From Podarcis filfolensis (taxonomy: Eukaryota), in the NCBI GenBank assembly GCA_964270895.1, contig OZ185438.1: a stretch of DNA of 64,000 nucleotides, one strand, 5' to 3'. The translations under genes were made by a program, and so were the position numbers. The notes under the pieces are model-generated. The model was not told the DNA's origin, made no database searches, and saw only the letters and a program-made list of their open reading frames with translations. Positions 24,975 to 38,179 of this stretch are shown in pieces (within the stretch, counting starts at the first letter, position 1; the number at the start of each line of letters is the position of its first letter).

Positions 24975-25075
24975 GCATAATCCTAAGCATGTGCACTCAG
25001 AAATAGGTCTGAATCCTATACATGTTTACTTCAATCCTGCTTTGTTCAGTGGGGTTTACTTGTAGGAAAGTGTGG
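24975..25075. repeat. Degraded short palindromic repeat (AATCCTA...AGGATT family)
   Basis: AATCCTAAGCATGTGCACTCAGAA and AATCCTATACATGTTTACT motifs; relatives at 30146, 42650 and 63880. Confidence 0.4.
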
Positions 25076-28000
25076 AGCACTAGAAGAAAGCTGTCAAGGC
25101 TTGAAAAACTGTGCTGTTGTTTTTGGAATGCAGAAACAAAAACTTCATTTAATATACTATGTTTTGTTTTTGGTGTGGTTTTTTTTTACTAGCGTATTAG
25201 TGTCTTTTTTACTAAACCATTTTGTCTACTGTGAAATTTTGGTTTGGTTTCTTCCACAGCAAAAAAAAAATCAATTTCATTGTGTAGGGCTTGACCTTCT
25301 GTGAATTCCTTTTATCATATAAATCTTGTTTTCTTCAGAACCACAAGGTCCTTTCGGTGCAACTGGGAATAAATTGGTGATTGTGTAACCACCAGTTCCT
25401 GAAGCATTTTTGTAGAGCAAGTGCTTACGATTTCTAATCTCAGTCTGTTGCCAAGTAACTGCAGAAAGAGATGCACGCACATTGAAAATAGTATAAGAGC
25501 ACTCTCCATATTGATTTGATTTCTATAGTAGGTAGTTTTTAAAAGGAGCCCAACTATACTGCTATATGCCACGTTCCCCACTCTTTGGAGAATTACCATT
25601 TTGTAGTAACAGTTCTTTTAAAAAACACACCACACAGACACTATAACAGATGTTTCTTCCCACTGCCCTGTAACAATAGAGAACTGCCGAGAGACCCAAA
25701 AAGCAAGTATTCCTGAAGGGCTGAGACTTCAGAAAGTGTTTAGATAAGGGTTATGCAGGGTTAAAGCCATCTTTGACTGGATGACTGCCTTGATAAGCCA
25801 TGTGTATATACTTTTGTGTGTATAGCATAGCATATACAGAAGGAGAACCTTATGATAAATTGTGGGGGCATGTGATGCTATTTATCATTTACCTTTGCCT
25901 GCCTCATCTGCACTTGAGAAGCTGATCTGTTTCTCCTGGGATTTATGCTAACTTTCCAGGACTGAGCACAAAAAAAGAACAGCTGCCTTGTTTTTGCTTG
26001 GTTGCTTAAACCAAAACAAAAGGAAAAAAAACAAAAACCATACAAGCCAAAAATTTGAATTTTCCCCTCATTGTCTACTCTATAAGAGGAAAGCATCAAC
26101 AGTCAGGTGTTGTTTTCCCCCCGCCCACCACCCTAGCTATGCTAATGATTGTATATTACAAAGCTTCACAACTCCTCAGTTAGTCTACAGAGTTATGTGC
26201 CATAAATGGATGTACAGTCATTGACAGTTAAATAAGAATATGTGAGGGCTTTGATCTTTGCAAATTGGTATATGAAATGCCCTGATCCTCATCTCTTGAG
26301 GCAAGCTCATCTCCCAGGCTTTCATAAGCAGCAGCAGTTGGAACTGGGATGTCTGAAAACTTTAAGAGACGTAAATTTGTATGTACATACAATCCTTCCT
26401 GGTAACTCATGTGTTTTATTGTATTTAAAATAAATTGTAAGTTGCCTAAAACTTTAGAAGGTGGGGTATAAATATGCAAATCAATTAGTAGTGGTGATAA
26501 ATAAATGAATATGGACCAACACTTATAAAAGGCTGGAATATTTTTACTTATTTATATTCTTCAGCCTTCTGCTTTTGATATGCACAGAACCACATCTGTT
26601 CACAGATTCATCAGGATGATGATGGCACCTTGACACAATTTGATTGTGAAAGATGGGGCAGAAATGATAAAAAATACTAGATGGAAGTTGGGAAATAATG
26701 TGTGAAGTCAAGGGAAGGGGTCATAAGCTGCTTATCTGCTTCCACGTGTTCATTGGACATAAACTTGTTTGAACAGGGATATTAAAGGGCCTTACAGAAA
26801 CAAACAAACAAACACCTTAGTTGTGATAACTGTACGTATGTATAAAAATACGTAGTTAGGCCCTTGTGGGTTCCACACAGTCCTATAACCCTCCTTTAAG
26901 TGGGCTGTCAGAATTGCACAGCACAAGAGAAGTGTCCATTTGTTTCCCTCTGTGCACGAGTCATGCTTTAGTGAAGCAATTTGACATGCAGCTCTGCTAC
27001 TTCCATTTAATCCTGTTGTTCCTACTCAGTGATAGAAAACAAGATACACAATAAATCCAGAGAAAACAGAAATAGCCCAGTGTTTCACTCCCAAACATTT
27101 CACGGATAAGAAGTTACAACAGGAAGATAAGCAAAAAGGCAACTCAAAGCTCCAGCTAAGAATGGGGTGTGTGGAAAGGCCTTTGCTTTCAGCAATGATT
27201 GATGTGAGCATTTTGTGACCATTAAATTCAAGGCAGTGGAGAGGTAAAATCTTAGTACACATTTCTGATAGAGAAATAAAGCCTGCTATAGCCTCCTTCT
27301 AACAGGTATGGCAGCAAAGAACTACGTTACTTGCAAAAGAGTGACTGGGTAGCTTTATGAAGAACATCTTCGCACAGTTAAGTATCTCCTTTGGACCTAG
27401 CAATGTGGATTTCCATAGTGTTTTATTAATGTGGGGGCAGGGGGTGGAATACAAATGAACTGAAGAAATTGAAAGCTGAAACAAACTGCATGGCCAACAA
27501 TTCTGGCATTTAAAATTAAGATTTTTATTCATTCCTTTTCCAAACAATGTTTCACATAAATCACTATATAAGGGGGGGGGAGACAACTAAGGAAAAGGTG
27601 GAACAGGGAGCAAGGGAAGGAGATGAGGGGGGTGAGTACTCAATAGAATTAAGTCCTGTTAGCACACTAGTTCTATTCTAACCAGTCCAAGAACGCACTG
27701 AGTTACACGGTATGGTTTCACAAACAGGTTTAGAAATTCCAGCAAAAGCAAAGATCAGGAGAAGTAGAATTCAGGACAGAGGGGAGGAAAGGGGATAAGT
27801 GAAGGAACATAAGAGGGGCGTTTCTCATATCTCTGGCTTTTAAATATTTCTGATATTCTAGTAAACATAGGCATCACCTCCTGTTAACAAGGCAGTGAAA
27901 CGTCTATACACTGAAAAGGATATGGTCCCCTCACCCTCTTTGTCAATTTATGACATTGATAACTTGCACAGACATTTGTGGTCAGCTGGCTCTACCAGGG

Positions 28001-30145
28001 AACCTATCACACTCCAGGTCTTGACAGTCCACATAAGACTTCATTTGGCTCTAGCTTTCTGCAGAGGCAACATCTTTATCTATCTCTTAGGAGGAAAACA
28101 GGTGAGACTGCAGGCTGCGCTTTGAACTGTCCAAGGTCCTGTTCTTTTCTGCTCTGTGCTTTGATGTGCATTCACCTGTTCCACTAATGTTCAATGCCCC
28201 ACAGAACTGGACAGATCGGGAGCAGACAGAATGCCAGTGTAGGGATTTAAGGTGCAAAACTACTTGATCAAAGCAAGGAAGGGATGGAAACGTTTGACTG
28301 CAGAATGCTAGATACATGTAAGCAGACCAAGATGGCACCACAGAAGACCAGAGAGGAAAGGACTGCAGTGGTCTATGTGAGAGGTTGCCAGTGTATGAGC
28401 TGAAATTTTTGCTCAGCAGACAGATTCTCCTTTACTCTCAGAATTCTTTAAGCTGCATGGTGGTCTGCCTACAGGATGAGTTGGAATTGCGCCTATTCAT
28501 CCTGCCTTTGGCTCCGTTGCCTGTCTGATCCACATCCCATGAGCATGTGGAGCTACAGGAAGGGCAAGCAGTTAAATCAACCTAAGCCACCCAACCTCGT
28601 TTGCCCAGGATTACAATTTCACCTTTGAAAAGTAACTGTTCTATGTTGCAGACTACTAAATACAAGCAAGTTTGTGGAGAGTTCACTTCCTGCTCTCAAG
28701 AAAAAAAGAGGGGGGAAACGAATGCTGAGCAGATATAATTTACAGAAAGTTACCAGCTTAATGATGTAATGCTGAGTGTCAGTTAGAGCTAGTTCAGTAT
28801 AATAGTATCTGCTCTATTATATTTAAGAGAATTGGAAGGACTTAGAAAACAATTAGGTAGTGCAACATTAACAGTATTACAGTTGGAACGACCATTTTAA
28901 AAATGAAGAAAGGGCTTGAATAGACAGATATTCAATTGGCATTGTCATGACAAGCAGTACATTGCATTAAATAAGACAACTGAATCATGTCATTCCCTTT
29001 TTTCATTTTAGTAGATTTACATCACAACCCTTCTCAGGGTGTTGCACTACTTTATTTGTAACATTTTTAAGTGTTTTAAGAAATCAGAAGACCTTTTGAA
29101 TCTTAGTAAAGACTTGCAATACCTTAAATTTTGCTGTACAGTTCAAAAGTTTCATATTTTATTTCAGAGAAGTGGGTTGCATGTTGAAGACAGGGGTTTA
29201 AATTATAAGTCAGCTAGAGCCTAACCGGAGACCCTTATGACAGCCACTTAGTTGACAACATTCTCTTCTGGAAAATGGGATAATACAGTGCCCTGCCTTA
29301 TAAAGCATTGTAGTAATGTACAGTCACCAAAGTGAGAATGGATATAATTCAGATCAGAAGCTTATATAGATGCATTGTGCAAAATCCATAATAAAGTGTT
29401 AATCTTGCACTGCAACATTTGAAGCTAATATATTTCTTCCCATCAGTCTTTGTTGTTTTTGCTGGGTAGCGTTTTTTTTAAAGACAGCATATCCATCTGT
29501 GAAGGCACCATTTTGGTTATTGTAGATTTTTAGAGCATTATTCTTTTCCCTGGCCGAGCACTGGGAATTGCTGTGAATGTTCAAGAAGACTAATATAGAA
29601 AAGAAGCAATATGTGCAGCCTCCCTTAGTTACTAGACTAGCTCAAATGTCATGTCAGCTTCAATTAGAGATGAGCAGATAATGAGGAATCTCAACATCTG
29701 TTTGCACATGTGTTCTCCACCCCAAATACTCCCAACCTGTCCCTGGTCATTAGGGGCCACATTACTTTAAAACTTTGTGAACAGTCATTTGGAAACAGTT
29801 TTGCCTACACAGTTCCTACATTTTGTTATGCATTTCTGTCCCCAGTTTTACTGCCAAATACATTTGCATAACAACAGGACCCCTGTTTCTTAATGGTTCA
29901 TCTGTTTCCATGGTGGATTCACTACATGAGCTCTTCAGTTTTCAGCATCCCAGTTACCTATTGTCTAAATGAGGTAAAGAGAATGTTATGACTATATGGG
30001 TTAGAACTCTAGTATTTATTCAAATTCTCACTGCAACAAAAAAGAACATGATTATCTGATATATGAACAAGCTGGTAGTAGATGGGAACTTTGTAATAGA
30101 TTATTTGTTAAAGGTATTTTTGTGGCAGGTGTAAGACACCTGCTA

Positions 30146-30226
30146 CAATCCTAAACCCACTAACCTGGGAGTAAGTCCTGTTTAATTCAACAGGACTTAT
30201 GAGTAGACACGGTTAGGATTGTGTTG
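30146..30226. repeat. Short palindromic repeat (AATCCTA...AGGATT family)
   Basis: ACAATCCTAA...TAAGTCCTGTT-TAATTC-AACAGGACTTA...TTAGGATTGT nested inverted repeats. Confidence 0.6.
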
Positions 30227-30839
30227 TTAGCCATTCTTAGTCTGTAGGACATAGGTGGTAAATCACCTTGAAGGGAGTTGGTCTGTTTCAGAAATGCTTT
30301 GTTTAGCAATTGACTCCCCAGTGTTCACTATTCTTATTCAAATGCATGCTCTAGAACTGCTGTTAATTTTTTTAGGGGTGTTAAACTGAAAGAAGAGCAA
30401 ATTGCATTGTGCTCTACTTTACAGTGCTCTCTTGACACATTAATTATGCACATGATTGCTACTGTTAAGAGTTATGTGCTTTCAACTGTGCACGACTCCC
30501 TGTATTCAAATGAATTCATTTATTTTAAATGAATATGTATATACTGTATATATAGGTGATATTTCTGCCACAGCAAGCATTTAGGCTTGCCAGATAGAGC
30601 AATCCCCCACTCCACTGCACACTGTTACAGGGTTCTCCTGAGCCCCCCATACATGGAGGGAGAGGGGAGAAGACCACTTGCACAAGGGGTTTTCCTGACA
30701 GGAATTATTATATTAATCCTACCCATAATTTATACAAATCCTAACTGTTCTCACAACCCATTCCTTTTCCTTCCAGACTTGGAGAAAGGTAGATGGGAGG
30801 CTGAATATAACATTTAGTGAGGCTATCTTTAATCTATGG

Positions 30840-30973
30840 CAGGGCTGGCCAACCTGTGGCCTCTCAAATAGTGTTTTACTCCAGTTCCCATGAGCCCCAG
30901 GCAGCATGGACAATGGTTGGGATGATGAGAGTTGCAGTCTCACCTCTGGAAGGACACAAGTTGGCCTGCCCTG
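30840..30973. mobile_element. hAT-type MITE (older relative of family H)
   Basis: TIRs CAGGGCTGGCCAAC/GTTGGCCTGCCCTG; perfect 8-bp TSD ATCTATGG. Confidence 0.85.
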
Positions 30974-31162
30974 ATCTATGGGATAAATATTTTGCGCTAC
31001 TGGTTGTAATGTCTGTGAAAAGGTATCACTGAGCTCAATTAAGTTGAGGGCTTTCTGAGATGCATCTGTGATTCTTAAAAAAATTGAATAGGTGAAATAA
31101 TGTAGAGGCATCATATTAACAAATGAATGCTGAGTGCAGATGTATAATTAGTTATTTAGATA

Positions 31163-31381
31163 CAGTGGTACCTCGGGTTAAGAACTTAATTCATTCTGAA
31201 GGTCCGTTCTTAACCTGAAACAGTTCTTAACCTGACTTTAGCTAATGGGGCCTCCCACTGCCGCTATGCCACTGCCATACGATTTCTGTTCTCATCCTGA
31301 AGCGAAATTCTTAACCCAAGGTACTATTTCTAGGTTAGGGGAGTCTGTAACCTGAAGCATCTGTAACCCGAGGTACCACTG
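31163..31381 (+). mobile_element. Tigger-like MITE family A, copy 4
   Basis: Perfect 18-bp TIRs, TA duplication. Confidence 0.9.
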
Positions 31382-32170
31382 TACATGGATTCCTCTGAGA
31401 GCAGGTAATAGACTGGACTGGTCTGTTTGCAGCGATGAGCTGTTTTGTGTGTTAAATATTGAATCTATTAAAAATAAAATGTCAATAGAAAATATAGCAG
31501 CATTTTTATCAAGCCAATCGATATCTGTATACTTATGTCTGTTTCACAAGGCCTTTTATGGAGTGGAGTAGCTACAGCAAGCCAGAAGGCAAGTATTCTG
31601 CTGTATATACGCTAGAACTCAGTAAGATCTTGAGCATCAAGGTCTGGGACCACAGAAACAGAACCTCAAGCAACTACTTCACAGCCTGGTTTCCCTTACA
31701 ATGACAGGGCTGCTGTAAGGCAGGCTGATGCTACAGATATGTTGTACCTCACACACCAAAAGAGTATTGTGAGGCTAACATCCCTAATCCCTGTGCAGTT
31801 TAAAAAGTCTATTATTTTTCACAGAGAAAGCTGCCACCTGAGGTCCAAGGCCTCAGGTAAGTAATGTATCAGTTTGTTAAATAAATGGAATTTGTTGTTC
31901 CATATCCTACATGTCCTTTGTACTAGGATTATTCCTGCAGTTGCTTTACCTTTGACAGAAGGTCTGCTTTGAAGCGACTTAAGAGATTTAGAACAGTGGC
32001 TGTAGAAATGCTATCTGATAAGGAATAATTGATCTGAGCTTGACAAAAAAAAGGCAAATCTACATTTAAATGGCATAGTGGACATTCTCTGAAAGATGTC
32101 TCTGTGTTGATAACTTAGAGTCTTTAAACAGAAGATATGACGAACTACTGATAAGGTAGCAGTCAAATTA

Positions 32171-32171
<1 letters not shown>

Positions 32172-32204
<33 letters not shown>
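32172..32204. repeat. (TG)n microsatellite
   Basis: Direct reading. Confidence 0.95.
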
Positions 32205-32206
<2 letters not shown>

Positions 32207-32449
32207 AAGAAAAAGAATCATATCTAGGTGATTTAATATTTTCTCCAATCAACCAATTCTTCCAAACAAATAACGTAGTTTGAAATAGTGAAGGAGAAGG
32301 AGATGAGGAAATGTGTACATGGAAGAATACATGTCTTTGTAAGTAAGACAAAAACCCTCTCTATGAGTTTTTTTATATGTATAGGGTCCTCACATGACTA
32401 CAGGGGAGCATCTGATTTTACCGCTGTGTACAATTACACAGGATGGGAT

Positions 32450-32850
32450 TGTTAATGGATAAGGGCTTCTGCATGCAGAGAAAAAGGACAAGAACAGGTT
32501 AAAATAAGTGTGCTGGTTAATTGGGTGTGTTTGTCCTGCACCTGCGACTAGTTAATCATGTGAGAGTGAGTCAGCAAGCCTGTGAGAGTGATTCTTGTTT
32601 TTGAAGCAAGTTTGCTCTTGGTTCCTGCCCTTGGCCAGAGCCTAGTCTGTGTTGGAACACTGCAAGGAGGTTGTATGCTGATGGAAAGACTGTATGCTGT
32701 ATATTACCACTGTGTGTAAACTGTAAGTTATGGAACTGCATTATACTGTCAGTAAAGGGACTGAGCCTAACTAGAACTGTCTGGTGTTTTTCTGTTCCAT
32801 TGGCACACTCTGTTAGCGTGTTGAATGGGCACTCTGCACATGCTCCAACA
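32450..32850 (+). mobile_element. Solo LTR, 401 bp (Gypsy-like)
   Basis: TGTT...AACA termini, perfect 5-bp TSD GGGAT, AGTAAA poly(A)-like signal near 32752; superfamily is inferred. Confidence 0.8.
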
Positions 32851-33551
32851 GGGATATGCAGCCACTTCCTGCACTCTTTCTGACAGCATTTTTACGCAGC
32901 ACAGTGGAGGTGTTTGCTCTGAAGCTGCTTCAAGCAGCTTTTAGAGGATTTTTAAGAAATGGGAAGCAGCCCTGGGTGCTCCTCAAAAGTAGAATGATTG
33001 ATCCAGTGTTTGGAAAGGACTAAACCATAGATCTATGTTCTGTTTCAATTGCTGGTTCAGCTGAATAAAAAAAAACTTCATGCCAAATTATGGAGTAGAC
33101 TAAAATCCTCAACCATCCTTGATTTTAATTTTAAGTGGGTGCTTTGTGAAAAGTAGTCGGAGCAAAGGTAATTAAAGCAAGGCATGTCTATTTCAAATTA
33201 AAGACAGCCCATTATCTAGCGCTATTAAATGATTTCTCATATGTATTGTTACACATAGATAAAATAAAACATTTTTGCATATCTGTAGACGCTCGTCTAC
33301 TGTCCTCTGAATATTTTTCCTTCATTCTATTTTGTCCATTCCGGCTACCCACTGGTGGCAGCCATCTCTCAACAGGACCATCACCAATTAACCCCTTGGC
33401 AACAAAACCATATCATGACATAGCATCCTTCATTTATAGGCAACCACTGCTGAAAGTGACGGCAATGCTTTTGTGTGTGTCTTAAGGGGGAAGGAGAGAA
33501 ACATAAGCCAGCTCCTTGGGAATAGAGACACATCCCTACCACACATTATAA

Positions 33552-33687
33552 CAGGCTTCCTCAAACTCGGCCCTCCAGATGTTTTGAGACTACAATTCCC
33601 ACCATCCCTGACCACTGGTCCTGCTAGCTAGGGATCATGGGAGTTGTAGGCCAAAAACATTTGGAAGGCCAAATTTGAGGAAGCCTG
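33552..33687. mobile_element. Palindromic hAT-type MITE (family H), best preserved copy
   Basis: TIRs CAGGCTTCCTCAAA/TTTGAGGAAGCCTG; perfect 8-bp TSD CATTATAA. Confidence 0.9.
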
Positions 33688-35076
33688 CATTATAAGAATT
33701 TGCCACTATTGCTAAAGATTGTAACAATCTTTAGGAGCCACTCTTCCCACCAACAAAAGTGGGGGTTGGGGAACCCTCTGGCTGAATACTTTGGCCTAAT
33801 ACTACTCTGTACTGCAACATTTTATGGCAGGTCCCACTTTATTATTGCATGTACAGTGAAGATTCACACAGTTTATCCCTGGTAAATTTCAGTTTGCATA
33901 GAAGGTGTGACTTTCAGAAAGACTTAAGCTTCAGCAGCTCCCAACTTAGAAATTAAGTGCTGGAAAAAGATAAGGAAATGATGAGTCTTTCATGCTTAGA
34001 TTTCATTTATAGCTTCTCTGCAATGACTGGCGCAGCAGAGGCAGTTTTAGGGTGGTGCAACCACAGCAGTGGCACTGGGAGCCATGCTGCAGGGGACGCC
34101 ACAACAATGCTGCAGAATGGAGCATGAGAGGTGGGGGGTGCCAAATTTTAGCGTCACACAGGGCAGCATGGGAATTTGAGGTCCCAAAGTCCACTACTGG
34201 GCCCATCTACATGCTGGTCTAGGTTCTTCAGGGAGGAAGGTTGGGGTATAAATTCAATACATTTATATGGGTAACTGTAAAGCTATCATTAAAAAATATG
34301 TTTTTAGAGAAGCTGCTCATCTCACACTGAAGGGTAGTTTATTTTCCTTTGTAAATAAATAAAAAAATATAATCAGAGGTAACTTTAAAGTGCCCCCATT
34401 TGTGTCAAATTGCCTTGTACACAGATATTTTGGTTTTGAGTATTAAATTAATTGAACAAGGAGATAAAAAAGGTTGTAGAATGACACATTTCTGCAAAAA
34501 ACATTGTGCTGTATACATTTCTTTCTCAAACTACTGCAGCTCTTCCTCACTCCTGTTTATTATTCATCTTAATCTATTTGGAATGCCTTTACTAAAATCA
34601 CTCCTTTTTTCCCTTTCTCACAAATGCATACCCCCATACTTTAATTCCATATAGTAATTTCCTTCCACCTTCTGTATCAACTCTGAGCCTTCACCACAAT
34701 TTTCTTCCTTCTTAATTCCACTCTGTATAAATCCATTTGCTTTTGTCCCAACCTGCTTTCTCTGTTTTTCCCCCCTGGCTTTTTCTGTCATTCCTTCTCT
34801 GCATGTAAGATTCATAGTATATGAAACACTGCAAAACCCTACCAAACTTGTTTGTTCAAAGTGGGACAATAACGGTGTAAGTGCACAAGACATGCGCCAA
34901 TGAAAATGTTGTTAAAATCAAAGCAATTGTTAATACTGTTTCAGAAAACACGGGGGGGGGGGAGGAGCTAGGGGACTCCTGTTCTGTTTATTTAAAGTAT
35001 ACCCTGATTTCAGGTGTCAAAATATTCTTATTCAGGAATATTCAGAATGACCATGCTTCTTTTTTTCTCCCTGCAG

Positions 35077-35151
35077 CACCACTAACAGAAAAACCACCAA
35101 AGCTTTTATATCCTTCAGAGAGTAAACTGACAATTCAGGAGACACAGCTGG
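35077..35151 (+). CDS. IL1RAPL1: Internal coding exon of interleukin-1 receptor accessory protein-like 1 (Ig2-Ig3 linker; exon 6 in human numbering)
   Basis: Acceptor CTTCTTTTTTTCTCCCTGCAG, donor TGG|GTAAGT, 75 nt, phase 1/1; reads (A)[24 protein letters not shown](G), matching recalled human [26 protein letters not shown] far better than the IL1RAPL2 equivalent. Confidence 0.93.
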
Positions 35152-38100
35152 GTAAGTTGCATTCAAGAAGTGCTTATGTCTGCTGTGTCTTAATGTTTGA
35201 TTAAGGCATTAACAATTAAAATTAAAACTAGAGATGACATTGCACTGTGCTTTTGCGCAGATATGTTTGAGGTTAGGTTATAATAATGACACATTTGCAT
35301 TGATTCTATTGTATTTAATATTATAACTGATCTTTGTTAAAAAGCAAGGTGTCATTTTCTTTCCATAGTTTGCAGTTATTCTGTTTACAAGTAATAGTTA
35401 AGGGAAGTTAACTAAAAGTAGAGGAAAAGTCAAACTGAAGAGCTCAATTGATAGTTTGGGGCTATAACTGCCAATGGTCAGTGTTGATAAGATTTATAGT
35501 CTGAAATATTTGGGAAGGCTGTGAGTATTGCAAGTACAGAAGCCAATTTTCCTGATGATTCTGAGTGCTACATGGTTTGTTGACTTTGAACCAAATGTAC
35601 TGAATTTTTGTTTTACCCATACATGGACTTTTAAGCTATATTAAGTCATACTTTCATACCTCCAAAAGAGCATTTACTTCGTTCATTTTGTCAGATTATA
35701 ACTGAATTTCAATGGTTTATAATTCACTGTGAAATTCCCTGCGTTATGTTTGTGACTCTTTGGTAACTACAGAATAGAGTGTTGTCACCACTGCTATCTA
35801 ATTTTTAATGCTATCTTCCACTGCCATGGCAGATCTAGGCTATGTTAGTGACATTTAATGAATGTGGTTTTTGTCATATGTTCACTTGGAAACTACAGGT
35901 TATTACTTGTCTTAAGACTAATTCTCAACTTTTTCATAGTAAAGGCCTTACATGGTGGACTTTAGCACCATTTTAAAGCATCTATTTTTACATATAGAGC
36001 CATTTGTGAAAGCACCCTCTGCTTAAAAACCTGAAAAGTTAACTTCCTCAGAAAAAACACTACCCTTATGATATTACCATCTCAATATTGTCAGAATAGG
36101 GCTTCAATATACATTAGATTGTTTGAAGAAAATAATATTTGTTGGTAGTCAGTTGCACTTTCTATAATATTATGTCTTTTTAAAAGAACAAGCAATGATT
36201 TATTCTAGCCTTGTATGTGATCATATCAATGGAATTTATGCATCTGCCTGACTTTGCAGAGTACAAGTTTGCCTTCTAAATATTACTATTGATGTTTTGT
36301 TGTATTACTATGATGACTCTTGTGTTTAACTGCATACCATCTGTCTTACTTAATTATGATCAAGGAATGTGAAATATTAGACGACATCTTAGGCATCTTT
36401 GAAGCATTACTAGATTGGCAAATTATAATTAAGCTGGTACAAATTTCTGACTCCAAACAGTTAATTGGCATACTGCAAGTTCCTGTTTGGCTTCTGAGTT
36501 CTGCAGTTCTAGGTGTGTTAAAGATAAATTATTACGGTCATATTCTCATATGTGTGGACAGCGCCGGAAGTTCTGAACCTGACCTGAGAAGCAGTATTCT
36601 CTTTACAATGGGAAGGCACATTTTTATAAACTTACCACAGAACATAAGAAAGCATTGGGTTTGCAATGGCTAGTCCTATGAGAGGTAGAAATATGTCTAA
36701 CCTTTTGATCAGAAAGCATTTGTTGAAGTAGTAGCTCACTGTGGGTCTGATCAAATGCATACTGCAAATATTAAAATTTCAGATAAAAGGAAAATCCTGG
36801 AAATTCTGTTTCCAATGAAGCACATACATCATGTAGAAAAGCAACATGGTATATAATACATTAATTAAGGCCAGTTTGAAAATAAATCTATCAAAATGTG
36901 TAAACAGAATGTATAAACCATATGTACTAACTCTCTTGAACAGGTTTCAATCAAGTTCTGACAGGAAAGCTAATGGAGGTCAAGAATAAGATAATATAAG
37001 CTCTTCTCCGCTTTTACTAAGTGGTTCATTTGAATTAATCAATATCTGTGTTTAAATAATGCATTTAGGATTTGAGTTGCAGAGGGGCTTTTAATAATAC
37101 ACATGGTTATTTTCTACTCAAGAGGATCAACCTCTCAATATTTGGTTTGTTTGTTTTTACTGCTACAAGGAATAGGTGAATGCTTAAGACACCAAGCTGT
37201 CTGTGAAAACATATGAGAAAATTGTAAGAGAAAATTGTGGAGTAGGGTTTCATAGAAATCTGTCTTGTATCTTTCTTCAACCGCTTCCCTCACTGAGGCA
37301 GAATTATAAAGCAGTTAGTTGTGGCAGGCCAAACAAAACTCCCCAATGGCCATGCAGTTTATAGAAACAACAAAATAAGTTTCCCCTGGCAGGAGTTTTG
37401 CTCCACTTCACTAGACAAGACAGCACAAAGATGTCATCATCTTTTAGGAAATAGTCTCAGTTTTGCTTCCAAAGGAGGTGCCTAAAAACCTTTTCTGAAA
37501 CCAAAGAAGACAGAGAAAATTAGATTCACTTTCCCACAAATTTTAACAGACAACCCAAAGCACAGCCTGCATTCTTTCACATCTCAGCCTAAATGAAAAA
37601 AGAGTTGGAGTTGTGCTCTTTGTCACTTTTCTTTTCTTTTTTAGCTGCTTAGAACCTCCTGCTTAAAGCTGGAGCATAGGTAACAATATTTTCAAAACAC
37701 CCCACTAGTCCAAGGATTGCGTTAGATAAAGGCTGGAAAACCTGTGGACCCTCCAGATTTTGCTGGACTAAACAAAAGCAAGGATTTTCAACAATCTTCA
37801 TGGTGGAAACGCAACATCTAATTATTTGGGGCATGGGCATTCAGTGGGGTTTACCATCAATACACAAGGTACCTGTGGGTTTATGATTTTTCCCTTTCTC
37901 TTAAATGAAAACATCTGCTTTAAGCAACAAAGCTGCAATGAGCTGAGTTCTGCTCCATACATGATGGTACAACAGGGATGACACTACATCATGAAACATC
38001 AGTAAACTTATCTTCAGATAAAAGGGGAAGGGGACTTGAAACCCTCTACTGCCTTGTGCAGTAATAGAAAGGTCCCCAGGGTATTCCAATTACAATGGCA

Positions 38101-38179
38101 GCAACTTTCATCAATCTACCAGGATGCCATTCTGGTAAGCCTAGTGAAATAGCTGAAAGGTAGCTCAGCTGCACCAGAG

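Noticed and set aside
25339-25376. Collagen-like mini-exon (PQGPFGATGNK)
   Set aside because: Only three Gly-X-Y triplets, weak donor (TTG|GTGATT), no other collagen exons
34881-35204. 107-aa ORF as a complete gene
   Set aside because: Only 35077-35151 is exonic; the rest is intron read-through in the same frame
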